Assembly (NCBI GenBank): GCA_965140705.1
Contig: OZ223300.1
Location: forward strand, 960,001 to 1,024,000
Direction: 5' to 3'
Origin: an uncultured Arcobacter sp.
GTDB taxonomy: Bacteria > Campylobacterota > Campylobacteria > Campylobacterales > Arcobacteraceae
Length of the DNA stretch: 64,000 nucleotides
The position numbers and the translations under genes are program-made. Below, piece by piece: positions 63,652-64,000 of the stretch (its first letter is position 1; the number at the start of each line of letters is the position of its first letter). The notes under the pieces were generated by a model. It was not told where the DNA came from. It searched no databases and saw only the letters and a program-made list of their open reading frames with translations.

Positions 63652-63889
63652 GGGTAATAACCTCTAATAGTATTTCGTCCTATCAAGAGATAAAGTAAAT
63701 AAATTCACATTAACTCAAACCATAACCTATGGTCTTGAACTATATTTATCCCATAATGGTATTGTAAGATTTATAAACATGTGCTTAAAAAGTAAAAAAT
63801 ATTTTACCTAGCTTTAAACACATTTTAATAAATTGAGTTGTAATATATTTTAAAACAACCTATGGAATAGGTACACATAAAGGTATAAA

Positions 63890-64000
63890 ATGAAAACTTC
63901 AAAAAAAACTCTTTTTTTAAAATCAGATAAAGTCGGAGAAGGTGAATTAGGTTCAATGTTAATAAAAGGCTTTTTAAGTGCTATTATAGAACAAGAAAAT
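63890..64000 (+). CDS. Partial YedF/DsrE-like sulfurtransferase-type protein (selenium-metabolism associated)
   Basis: MKTSKKTLFLKSDKVGEGELGSMLIKGFL...; AAAGG SD; runs off the right edge. Confidence 0.6.
   Translation, partial: MKTSKKTLFLKSDKVGEGELGSMLIKGFLSAIIEQEN

Overview
AT-rich chromosomal segment of a Campylobacterota bacterium, most likely Arcobacteraceae (inferred from gene content and the pyrH-rpoZ-spoT-tyrS-fabX-amiA order). About 1-37.7 kb is mostly housekeeping: rpiB, lepB, folD, rplY, pth, amiA, tyrS, spoT, rpoZ, pyrH, pdxAJ, trpE, glyA, lysS, ispG, dnaB, cysQ, the ADP-heptose genes, apt, trpB and pepA. About 37.7-42.8 kb is a patchwork of accessory singletons, including a Firmicute-like alanine racemase and a ~500 bp non-coding element built from two inverted, structurally conserved modules. 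About 42.8-61.3 kb holds two tandem formate dehydrogenase operons. Both fdhA genes have an in-frame UGA (selenocysteine) followed by a SECIS hairpin, so the ORF track splits each in two. The region also carries sulfur-relay accessory genes and a divergent binding protein/kinase/regulator trio. One operon's cytochrome b subunit has lost both ligands of the cytoplasmic-side heme and the quinone-site motif but keeps the periplasmic-side heme ligands. The window ends with a Tat-exported transglutaminase-like/MerT-like/MerP-like operon and the start of a YedF-like gene. No rRNA, tRNA, CRISPR array, transposase or integrase was seen. All calls come from reading motifs by eye, without database searches.
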